This document shows, piece by piece, positions 11,981 to 23,264 of a stretch of 64,000 nt of DNA. The stretch lies in contig NW_027362765.1 in NCBI RefSeq assembly GCF_046119375.1, positions 471,262,001 through 471,326,000 on the forward strand, written 5' to 3'. Under the pieces are notes generated by a model. The model had not been told where the DNA came from, did no database searches, and saw only the letters and a program-made list of their open reading frames with translations. Source of the stretch: Phyllobates terribilis (taxonomy: Eukaryota). The first letter of the stretch is position 1. Each line of letters opens with the position of its first letter. The position numbers and the translations under genes were made by a program.

Positions 11981-14760
11981 AGGAAAACTGTAACAAGGTT
12001 TTTGCCACCCAATCTGAGAGCAGCATAATGTAGAGACAGAGACCCTGATTCCAGTGATATGTAACTTACTGGGCTGCTTACTGTAGTTTTGATAAAATCA
12101 CAGTTTTATCAGCAGGAGATTATCACTCAGGGCTGCCACTAGCAATTTCGGGGCCCCATACTGGCAAAATTTTCGGGCCCCCTTCAGACTCCGCCCAGGC
12201 TCTACCATAGCTCCGCCTCCACCCTTTGAACCTTCCACAGTCCCGACCACTCTTTGAAAAACTCTATTTTCTGCCACACCGTGACCAGACCACATATTAC
12301 CACCAAATAGTGACTGAATAATGCCACACACAGGGGACAAATACCGTCACTCCATGGCCAGACCACATATTACCACCCCATAGTGACTGAATAATACCAC
12401 ATACAAGGTACAAATACCGCCACACCATGACCAGATCAAGTCTATGAGAGCATCGTTCAGGCTTTCAGACTTGCATTGAAAGATTGTGACGTAGCTTTTG
12501 ACTTCCAGCCAGTCATAAGCTGCGCTCACAAGATGGCCCTGTAAGACCGGAGTGGTGCTGAAAATTGATGAAGATGAGTATGACTTACATTTAAAGGGAC
12601 TGTCAGCACAGGATGACTGTTCAAACATAGTCCTGCCATTCAGAGCTTCACGGCAGAACCAATCATTTAAATTCACCTGCCCACCTGTTTGTTTTCCCTC
12701 TATCTGTCCGGGAGTCGGCATTACACATCCTTGAAGCCACGTGATCGCCATTCCTGGCTCTGACACTGGCAAATCGCACAGTGCATACGATGTGAGGATT
12801 CACAAGTCTGCAGTCAGAGTGATGCAGAGGGACTGCAGGCTTGTGGATTTAGACCAGACAACCTCTTTAAGGTGTTGCACAGCTTCTCGATACCCACAGT
12901 TGCGGTAAAAACTTCACAGAGCAGATTACATGGGATAACAAGCTTTTACTTCTCAGAACATGAGGTAAAAGAAAAAACGCACAGTCACACAGTACTGCAC
13001 CAGGAAGTAAGTGCAAAACAGAAAATACAAGAGAGACCTTTTTTCTTTTTACAATACAGTAAACAAGGAACCTTTACACAACATCGCCATCTACTGTCAG
13101 ATCAGCATAAAGTCCTCCTTCACACAAACAAAGAAGTCCACAACTGTTGCATACACCAACATAAGGCTCATTCAGCCGTCAGCGAATATCGGTTTGTGCT
13201 CGGACCGCCGTGCGTGGACTGGCTGCGGGTCCCCTGACCTGAACTCGGCAGCCTCACAGCATGTATGAGGATGCAGGTCAGGAGATCGGCGCCCAGTCCA
13301 TGCACTGCAGGCCGAGCGCAGACCAATTTCTCCCTTTCAATAATTACACTGACATAATAATGTGAGATGTTTCCCAATCATATATACCCACTTATATCAA
13401 TCATTTCCTCCCCTCCCTCCTTCCAGGAAGGGAGGGAATGATTGTATCATACAATCACGTACTGAGATGGTGGACAAATTAATACATGGACTTACGTTAG
13501 CTACTCACACAGCCAGTGGCACCGCCGCCGTGCCTGCCGCCCAGTCAAGAAGAATCTAATGGCCGTCTCAGCCTGCCCACTGCCGCCGCCTCAGCCTGCA
13601 ATCATCGAATTAATAAATGTTAACATTACATATTATTGCATATATATTAACCGATTATACATTACTAAAAATAGCTTTATTGGTATTCATTAAAAACCTT
13701 TAAATTCTGCAATACAAATACACCTCAAAACATAACTCAAAAAGTGATAATATAAAAAAATATAAAAATATATATCAAGTAGTTAAGAGTAAAGGGGGGA
13801 AGGAATCACCCTATTTATCAACTGCTCTTGTGCTTTCTACATTTCTGCGGAGGTTGGCATCCTCTTGATATGCAATTGGCACCCCTGCTCCTCATCGACT
13901 TGCCCTGGTCGTCCTCGCTGCCGCCTCCTCAGCCTCACCCTGCTGAACGCAGCCTCCCCTCAGCACCAGCAGGCCCCCCCTCAACATCAGCAGGCACCCC
14001 TCACCACCAGCAGACCCCTCTCATCATCAGCATGCCCCCCATCATCACCAGCAGGACCCCCATCATCACCAGCATGCTTCCCTCACCATCAGCAGGTCCC
14101 CCCATCATCACCAGCAGGCCTCCCTTCACCATCAGCTCGGCCTCCCATCATCACTAGCAAGCCCCCCTTCAGCACCAGCAGGCCCAACTCGCCCCCAGAC
14201 TCAGCAGCAGCCTCCTCCTCCTGCTCACACACTACCTGCTGCCGCCTCTGAGGCACGCTGCTCTGTTCAGGAATTAACATGAGCATGCAGAGTGTCAGGA
14301 GAACGGTGTCAGGACCATGATCCACCTGGTCGCGGTTTAAAGGTACAGCGCCCATTTCTGTCTTACCGGGTGCATCAGGCATCTGGCATGCGGCGGGGGC
14401 GGCGCTGAACTGTTGCCCCTGACTCTCAGGCCCGGTGAGCAGAAGCAAAGAGTGGAGGGCCCCGGGCTGCCAGCGTGACCGCCCCCCCCCCTTTTTTGCT
14501 TCTTTTCACCAGGCCCCATACAGTAGTAAGGGCAGTAATGACCTGATGGCAGCCATGTTATCACTAGAGGACTAGAAAACCTGCTGCCAGGCAGCCAAGC
14601 ATATTCATGAGTTGTGTATAACCCCACTCCCACCACTAATTGGCAGCCTTCTGTGTAGAAAGCTGCTAATTAGTGGTGTGGTTGGGGTTATACACAGCTG
14701 AACAGTAAGAGAACTGGTAGATGTGCAGCAGAGAAAACAGTGCTTTTATCATTTTAACCT
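11981..14760. mobile_element. T2/Kolobok MITE split by a hAT insertion
   Basis: TTAA|AGGAAAACTGT left end at 11981; sequence resumes after the insertion (..ttatcact|agaggactag); right end is degenerate. Confidence 0.6.
12128..14557. mobile_element. Non-autonomous hAT element, 2.43 kb
   Basis: TIRs CAGGGCTGCCA / TGGCAGCCATG; perfect 8-bp TSD TTATCACT at 12120-12127 and 14558-14565; internal tandem repeats at 12277-12440 and a CATCACCAGCAGG-type minisatellite at 13960-14180. Confidence 0.85.
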
Positions 14761-14989
14761 TGTACTACAGGTTGATTCAAAAGTCTCCATACATAGGGAA
14801 TAGTCACATATGTTCCATGCTCATATAACCAAGTATGATACTTAGAAATGGAGTTCATAATATAAAATGACTATCATTTATCCTATGCTATTCTTTGCTG
14901 AAAATTTTTGGATCTCAAGTCCTCAGACAGTTCTCTTTTCCTCTTTCTGTTCTTCATGCTTAGTGTGCACACACAGACACACAATGCAA

Positions 14990-15315
14990 AAATTGAGTCC
15001 CCTATTTATCTGGTTTCAGGTGTGATTTTCATATTGCCCCCACCTGTTACTTGCCACAGGTGAGTTTGAACAAGCATCACATGCTTGAAACAAAGTTGTA
15101 TACCCACATTTTTGGAAAGGTGCCAACAATTTTGTCCGGCCCATTTTTGGGGTTCTGTGTGAAATTATGTCCAATTTGTTTGTTTTTTCTGTTTTTTTTG
15201 TGTTGTTCAAATTCACACAAAGGAAATAAACATGTGTAGTTGCAATAATATTCTGGGAGAAATACTTTATTTTCTGGAACAATTTCAAGGGTGCCAACAC
15301 TTTCGGCCATGACTG
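14990..15315. mobile_element. Tc1-like terminal fragment
   Basis: Ends in a Tc1-type TIR (reverse complement CAGTCATGGCCGAAAGTGTTGGCACCCTTGAAATTG); no transposase remains. Confidence 0.6.
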
Positions 15316-16203
15316 TGTCTATGCCCCCGTCTATGCACAGTGCTCTGTAGTGGCATAAGCCCTTAGACTGGAATTGTATTTAATAAAATATGTTTAAGAA
15401 AATTAAGTTTAGAACTGAAAATGTTGAGCTAAACATTGTAATTGTTAATTCTTAGAACTGTTTGCGTCATTAGTGTTCATGAGACCTAGTGACGCATATT
15501 AGCCCGTTCTGTAATAGATCTACTGCAGCGTTATAATTTAAATTGTTTTTCACAAAATCCTATAATAGTTGGAGCTATATCTGTAAGGAGGGATGTAATT
15601 TCCCCGTACAATTACATGTAGTCATTTCTAAATAAAGAATTCTCGGAGGAACTTTTCATCCACTTGACAGTACAAATTGCAATTATTGTTTTAACTACTT
15701 TCCCACTTTAATGTTGATTAAATCTCTACTGGCTATTAAATATATTTTTTCTCATTACTGTTACTTTTAGTAGTGGCAACACTGATAACTTCACCCACAG
15801 ATTCCGCCAGGGGATGGACGAAAGTTATTAGCTCAAAGATTTGAGACTTAAATTAATCAAAACAGGAAATTTGGTTGTTAAAAAATGCTACTTTTTGAAA
15901 TCCCGTTTTTCCTTCCCATGCATTTACATTATGAAAATGAATGCCCCATGCTGCATTGTCAGATACCCTTGTCAGATACCCTTGTCGTCCTTTGTATGTA
16001 TGAATAGCTTAGGGAATGGTGAGGGTATTTAAAGTAAAGCAAAGAAATTACAATTTAAAAGCAATTAAAAAAATTGGCACACAGACAAGTTTGTCACCGT
16101 CAGTATCATAAAAGTCAGATCTAAAATATTTTCAGATTTTTTAATTTAAAGATCTTAATCAAAAACACCGGTCAACCTTATACAGATGAAAAAAATATAT
16201 TAA

Positions 16204-16549
16204 AGAGGTTGTCCACTACTTTAACATTGATGGGCTATCCCTAGGATAGGTCATCAATGTCTGATCATTGGGACCACCACCGATCGGCTGTTCTTGGTGT
16301 CGACGGCAGCCGGAACTGCACAATTACGGAGCTGCACAGCACAGCTCCGTCAACTGTCCCCGACTGAGTACTGCACAGCCAATCCCTAGACGGAGCTGAG
16401 CTGTTCTGCTCTGTAACTGGTCAGTTATGGCCACTGGACACCTAGAACAGCTGATCATCGGGAGTACCAGATGTCGCACCCCTACCGATCAGACATTGAT
16501 GACCTATCCTAAGGATAGGCCATCAATGTTAAAGCCCGCGACAACCGCT
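16204..16549. mobile_element. T2/Kolobok MITE
   Basis: TTAA at 16200-16203 and 16550-16553; termini AGAGGTTGTC / GACAACCGCT; long inverted arms. Confidence 0.85.
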
Positions 16550-17031
16550 TTAACTGCCTGATGCCACCATTAGTAGGAGCTTATATTAAACACAGAGTCC
16601 AATAGTTCTCATCTAATTCAGTAGGTGCTTGCAGAGAGACAATATATAATTTAAAGGTAACCTTTCACTAACATCTAGTACAGAGTGTTATGCTAGTTGG
16701 TATAGTCACCTAGTGTATGTCTAGTAATCAGTGAGTCTTAGTTGCCACAAATTCCTCTTCAGTACTGTTGTCTGACTGCAGAGAATGGTACTATAATGCA
16801 AGGACTGGCATAATGCAAATTTTGGACACTCTGGTGCATTTAGTTTTTGCTTTTTTGAGTGATTTTAATTCCAGAAATCGTAATCCAGGAATGATGCAGC
16901 AACTTTCAGCCACGGTCAGTCACTAAACTGGGTTACTGAGAACATTCTAACTTGGTGGTACCGAGTCAAGTAAGTTCATTTTCTGCATCACATTCAAACT
17001 ATTTGCAAGTTTAGCTGGAACAGTCTATGTA

Positions 17032-18662
17032 CAGTACAGACCAAAAGTTTGGACACACCTTCTCATTTAAAGATTTTTCTATATTTTCATGACTATGAAA
17101 ATTGTACATTCACACTGAAGGCATCAAAACTATGAATTAACACATGTGGAATTATATACTTAACAAAAAAGTGTGAAACAACTGAAAATATGTCTTATAT
17201 TCTAGGTTCTTCAAAGTAGCCACCTTTTACTTTGATGACTGCTTTGCACACTCTTGGCATTCTCTTGATGAGCTTCAAGAGGTAGTCACCGGAAATGGTT
17301 TTCACTTCACAGGTGTGCCCTGTCAGGTTTAATAAGTGGGATTTCTTGCATTATAAATGGGGTTGGGACCATCAGTTGTGTTGTGCAGAAGTCTGGTGGA
17401 TACACACCTGATAGTCCTACTGAATAGACTGTTAGCTGTTTTTTTCTTGCCATAATACAAATTGTAAGTAAAGAAAAATGAGTGGCCATCATTACTTTAA
17501 GAAATGAAGGTCAGTGAGTCCGAAAAATTGGGCAAACTTTGAAAGTGTCCCCAAGTGCAGATGCAAAAACCATCAAGCGCTACAAAGAAACTGGCTCACA
17601 TGAGGAACGCCCCAGGAAAGGAAGACCAAGAGTCACCTCTGCTTCTGAGGATAAGTTTATCCGAGTCACCAGCCTCAGAAATCGCAGGTTAACAGCAGTT
17701 CAGATTAGAGACCAGGTCAATGCCACACAGAGTTCTAGCAGCAGACACATCTCTACAACAACTGTTAAGAGGAGACTTTGTGCAGCAGGCCTTTATGGTA
17801 AAATAGCTGCTAGGAAACCACTGCTAAGGACAGGCAACAAGCAGAATAGACTTGTTTGGGCTAAAGAACACAAGGAATGGACATTAGACCAGTGGAAATC
17901 TGTGCTTTGGTCTGATGAGTCCAAATTTAAGATCTTTTGTTCCAACCACCGTGTCTTTGTGCGACGCAAAAAAGGTGAACGTATGGACTCTACATGCCTG
18001 GTTCTCACCGTGAAGCATGGAGGAGGAGGTGTAATGGTGTGGGGGTGCTTTGCTGGTGACACTGTTGGGGATTTATTCAAAATTGAAGGCATACTGAACC
18101 AGCATGGCTACCACAGCATCTGGCAGCAGCATGCTATTTCATCCGGTTTGCATTTAGTTGGACCATCATTTATTTTTCAACAGGACAATGACCCCAAACA
18201 CACCCTCCAGGCTGTGTAAGGGCTATTTGACCAAGAAAGAAAGTGATGGGGTGCTACGCCAGATGACCTGGCCTCCACAGTCACCAGACCTGAACCCAAT
18301 CGAGATGGTTTGGGGTGAGCTGAACCGCAGAGTGAAGGCAAAAGGGCCAACAAGTGCTAAGCATCTCTGGGAACTCCTTCAAGATTGTTGGAAGACCATT
18401 TCCGGTGACTACCTCTTGAAACTCATCAAGAGAATGCCAAGAGTGTGCAAAGCAGTCATCAAAACAAAAGGTGGCTACTTTGAAGAACCTAGAATATAAG
18501 ACATATTTTCAGTTGTTTCACACTTTTTTGTTAAGAATATAATTCCACATGTGTTAATTCATAGTTTTGATGCCTTCAGTGTGAATGTACAATTTTCATG
18601 GTCATGAAAATACAGAAAAATCTTTAAATGAGAAGATGTGTCCAAACTTTTGGTCTGTACTG
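17032..18662 (+). mobile_element. Full-length Tc1-like element with DD38E spacing (Intruder-type), transposase inactivated
   Basis: TA TSDs at 17030-31 and 18663-64; ~200-bp TIRs starting CAGTACAGACCAAAAGTTTGG; WSDESK, QQDNDPKH, SPDLNPIE motifs; +1 frameshift near 18204; 38 residues between the second D and E after correction. Confidence 0.93.
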
Positions 18663-19751
18663 TACATTGTATATAAATGTAGGCATAAGCAAAATGAAAA
18701 ATGTGGTGCAGTCTTATGTCTTAAAACTACTTTTAACTAGAATATTACAATCTTTTATTCAGCTTATATAGCACATTGATAGACCAGGTGCTCTGTTGAC
18801 TTTCCGGTAGTCACAGAATTGTGCAAGATTGGTGAGACTCTGAATCTTGTGTGGCTTTGTCTCTCCCACTTGTGGCTGGCTGACTATTGCCTGGGCGCTG
18901 AATACTTTCCAGTATGCTGAGGAGGATGTAGGAGACCATCTAATCTCCTCCACTGACTATAGTTCTCCATGGACAAATTAGTCTTATTCACCATCACCAA
19001 TGCTTTCTGCTGGGACACACTCAGTCAAACAGGACCACTGGAACACTTTAGGACCATCACCATCTTAGCAACTGTCTAGCTAGTTCCTTGTTTGGTAAGT
19101 CACACAATCATAGTGCACACTGTTGTTGCAGAACAGTATAATCTCCTTGGTCTTGATTAATCAGCATAATGTTCTCCCACCACCAATGTTGTTCTAATAA
19201 TCCATCAGTTATGAGATATACAATTGATTAGCTCAGTCCTTAGAATGCAATCTCCAGGACAGTAGGACATTGCTTTAATCCCCCACCTACTGAACCACTA
19301 TCACAGTATTACCTATTGTTTTAATCTAATTTTTACTGTAAATGTCTTTTGAAATATGTACTTTTTTAATTTTCACTATCACTGTCTATTTAAAATAAAA
19401 GCAGAAATTTTGCCCTTTTCACCTGTGATGTGCAGGGGAGGGGGGGAATTGAAATTAAGTAAGTAGCCGGGTATTTCTTTGCGTCCCTCGGCCGAGAAGC
19501 ATGACAAAACTGATTTAACAAAAAGCAATTTCAAAGCAACCAAACCTCTACTATGGGCCATACAGGTATGTATAGATTTACATTTCTATCACCTCTATGC
19601 CCATATTAGAGGTCTGATAAGTCCAAAGGGGTGACAGATTCCCTTTAAGGCTGACTAGGCTTCTTAAGGACTAGGAGCCATCTATTTTTGCTGAGGCACT
19701 GTTACCTGCACCAGTCAGAGGCCTCTCACCTAGACAAATCACATCTTGTGC

Positions 19752-19796
19752 TTTGCACTGAGGAGGGGAAAATACTCAGAAACATGTGTCTGCAAA
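19752..19796 (+). ncRNA. Degenerate minimal type I hammerhead ribozyme
   Basis: TTTGCA-CTGAGGA-GGGG-AAAATA-CTCA-GAAAC-ATGT-GTC-TGCAAA: core and stem I intact, palindromic stem III (ACATGT), G10.1/A11.1 mismatch in stem II. Confidence 0.65.
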
Positions 19797-20183
19797 TTTA
19801 GTTTCTGGTTTGGCTTCTTATTCTAAGTCATGTGTCAAGGCTCATTAAAGGGTCAATATTGACTTTTAGAATTGCTACTTACAATACATGGCGTTAGAGA
19901 TCAAGTCCCTTTCCTTTCTTAAGAGGATATATTCATATTCAGTATTCAATGGTTAAAAGCACTTTGCACTCTGTGCGGTGGCAATGCGTGTAGATATATT
20001 TATATGTTTGTCAAAGATGACCAATAGCGTACTAGCCTCAAGGATGCAAATTGTCTCTTCAGAAAGGAAGAGGACTAGAACTCTAATGCCACCTATAGGA
20101 AGCAGCAATCCTAAAAGTCAATATCGACTCTCTATCGAGCCTTGCCACATGACTTAGGATAAAAGCCAGAACCAAAATCTCAG

Positions 20184-20226
20184 TTTGCAGACACTGTTTC
20201 AGGGTACTGCCCCTCATCAGTGCAAA
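20184..20226 (-). ncRNA. Minimal type I hammerhead ribozyme
   Basis: Minus strand reads TTTGCA-CTGATGA-GGGG-CAGTA-CCCT-GAAAC-AGT-GTC^TGCAAA: full CUGAUGA/GAAA core, 6-bp stem I, 4-bp stem II, 2-bp stem III, GUC cleavage triplet. Confidence 0.82.
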
Positions 20227-22025
20227 GTGTGACATCTGGCTTGGATTTTAGGATTGTTACTTTCTATAGGTGGCACTAGAGTTCTAGTCCTCTTCCTCTC
20301 TGAAGAGACAATTTGCATATTTCCCAGAGGATCATTGCGGCTTAAAAGTCTCCTCACCTTGACATGCTTAACATGTCACACTCTGCAAGGAGAAACGTTA
20401 CCCCTTGGATCTCAGCCTCAAGGTTGTGATGACACACTGCCTCCTCCCTTATAACACCCCCATGAGAAATAAAGTCACGACTAGACTATAACGTGGGCTC
20501 AAACTTTCCCATGGGCCATTAGGATCTATCAACACAGTTATTTATACTTCTTTAAAATTTGTTTTTTAAAAACAAAAAACAAATTGTGGCCAAAAAGCAC
20601 AAGTCAGGCTTTCAAAAAATAAAAGGTAAAATAAATGGGCTGTGAGAGAATACTATGGGGGCTACCATGGGTTAGTCCAGCCCTGCCTTCACAATGACCT
20701 TTACCCTGATTAAATCATGCTTAGATATAAATAATGTCAGAATCAGTCTATTGCTGCTAATGTCCGTGTGGCTGCTGAAAAGAACAGGAAGTAAAGGTCT
20801 AATATTAGGGCTAGTGGCCAGTATGAAAATTGCAAGATTTTTTTTAACCCCTTCATGCCAGGTTTTTTTGCTTTTTTTTTTACATTGTTATTTTTGCTAT
20901 ATACTGCAAAACTAATCTCCTATGAAGCTCAGGGATTCACAGGTACGGTATGCCAAGACTAAAATTGCAAATTCTGTATAAATCCCTTTCTGTATATTTT
21001 TCCAGATTTTTAATTGCAATGTGTGCAAATGTAAAGAATTTTCACACTATAACTAAACTGATTTCTGGAAATAATGTACGGTAAATGCAACAGAATATAT
21101 CAAATATGATCAAGTATTTATGGTTCTGCATTTGTAATACTTGCTTAGCTAGTGTTATAAAATAACTAATAGCTGGCCATTGTTTCTCCAGTGTTCTCAG
21201 GGTGTTCCATTCTATTTTGCTGAGACGGCACAGCTTTTCAGAGAGGGTATACTTTGGCAAAGCCCGTCAGTTGCTATGGTGACCTAAACCAAGCAGCAGT
21301 GCCCACATTATAGCAATTTCAAAAACACCCACTCTAATGAGCAGTCTCCTTTAGAGATGGGTATGCCCTCCTGCCAGTACCGGTGGATTTTACACTTGGC
21401 CACACACATAGAACATTTTAGCATTGATGTGTTGGAGCTCTATAGAGATTTGTTTGTGAGGGTTGCTGCATTGTGGAAGAATGTAAATCAAGACAAATGT
21501 AAAAATGTAAATCAGTCATCTGGGCTGTAAATGAGCAACTTTATGTGTCATTTTAAATTGGTACAAAATTGGGAAAAAATATTTTTTCTCTAGAAGCAAC
21601 AATGTTTCAGGGTTGAAAAAAAAAACATTGGACACAAATCACGATACAATTGAAATATGTAAGTAATGTATACTCACTAGTGTTGAGCGAGCACTAAAAT
21701 GCTCGGGTGCTCGAAGCTCGGGCCGAGCTCACTGTGATACTCGGGTGCTCGACCCGAGCAACAAGCCCAACGTTAGTCTATGGGAGACCCGAACATTTTT
21801 GCGGCGGCTCCCCCGGCAGTCTGTAGAAAGCCTAAAAAGTGCCCAAAACGATAGTGACAGTACTCAAATGACATGGGGACAGCATGGGGATCGCCCCTGG
21901 AAGCATTTCTGACCCCCAGGTCACTGCTGTCAACAACGTGGTCAGAGGTATTAAGCCACTTTTACAGGCTCACAATAAAACGTTCAAAAACGAAAGTGAA
22001 AGTGCTTTCCTGTGAAATATGTTAA

Positions 22026-23264
22026 CCCCTTAACGACCATGGGTCTTTCTGTTTTTGTGTTTTCCTTTTTTGCTCCTCTTCTTCCCAGAGCCAGAACTTT
22101 TTTAATTTTCGTTCAATATGGCCATGTGAGGGCTTATTTTTTGCGGGACGAGTTGTACTTTTAAACAACATCACTGGTTTTACCATATCGTGTGCTGGAA
22201 AATGGGAAAAAAATTCCAAGTGCAGTGAAACTGCAAAAACAATGCAATTCCACAGTTGTTTTTTGGGTCCTTTTTTTACCACGTTCACAGATTGCTAAAA
22301 CTGACCTGCCATCATTATTTTCCAGGTCGTTACGAGTTCATAGACACCAAACATGTATAGGTTCTTTTTTATTAAAGTGGTGAAAAAAAAATCCAAAGCT
22401 TGCTAAAAAAACAAAAAAAATGACGCCATTTTCCGAGACCCTTAGCTTCTCCATTTTTCGGGATCTGGGGCCAGGTGAGGGCTTATTTTTTGCGTGCCGG
22501 GCTGACGTTTTTATTGATACCATTTTGGTGTAGATCTGATGTTTTGATCGCCCGTTATTGCATTTTATTGCAAAGTTGTAGCGACCAAAAAAACTTAATT
22601 CTGGCGTTTAAAATTTTTTTCTCGTTACGCCGTTTACTGATTGTATTAATTCTTCTTTTATATTGATAGATCGGGCGATTCTGAACGCGGCGATACCAAA
22701 TATGTGTATGTGTTTTTTTTTTATATATATATATATTTTATTTTGAATGGGGCGAAAGGGGGGTGACTTAAACTTTTATATATTTTTTATTTTTTTTATT
22801 TTTTTTAAAAACTTTTTTTTTATACTTTCTGCTTGCTTCTATAGTCTCCGGAGGAGACTAGAAGCAGCAGTTGTCTGATTGCTTCTACTGCATACAAGCG
22901 ATGAGCAGATCGCTTGTATGCAGGAGAAATGCTCACTTGCTATGAGCGCTGACCACTAGGTGGCGTTCATAGCAATTGAGACATGACAACCACAGGCGTC
23001 TGCTGCAGACCCTGAGTTGTCATGCCCACCCATTGGTGACCCGTGATCACGTGACGGGGTCACTGATGGGCGGGGCTTAGGACTCCCGGAAGCGCGAGTT
23101 AAATGCCACTGTCAGAGATTTAACATGTTAACAGCCGCGGGTGGATTGCGATTCCAATAATCAGCTGACATGTGCTCGCTTCAGTGCGGGCTCACCGCCG
23201 GAGCCCCCGCTGAACCTGCCTTCCCGACCTGGTGCGTACTATTACTGACCAGGTCGGAAAGGGG
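22026..23264. mobile_element. Non-autonomous piggyBac-type element
   Basis: TTAA at 22022-25 and 23265-68; termini CCCCTTAACGACC / GGTCGGAAAGGGG; the empty site ATATGTTAAGGA is present in the sister hAT copy near 27074-27085. Confidence 0.9.

Larger units (their letters stand above)
19715..20415. mobile_element. Hammerhead-bearing non-autonomous retroelement cluster (retrozyme / Penelope pLTR-like)
   Basis: Two ~185-bp homologous units in convergent orientation (19751-19935 + and 20041-20230 -); 73-bp inverted arms at 20044-20116 and 20246-20318 (5 mismatches); a further family fragment at 41832-41930. Confidence 0.6.

Noticed and set aside
13828-14448. Pro/Ser/His-rich ORFs of 109-128 aa
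   Set aside because: They are translations of a CATCACCAGCAGG-type minisatellite inside a non-autonomous hAT.
16875-16969. Candidate exon with good acceptor and GTAAGT donor
   Set aside because: All three frames contain stops and no partner exons were found; such site pairs arise by chance.
17912-17918. CTGATGA motif (also near 60387) as a hammerhead core
   Set aside because: It is the SDE codons of the Tc1 catalytic motif; no stem II, GAAA or stem I context.
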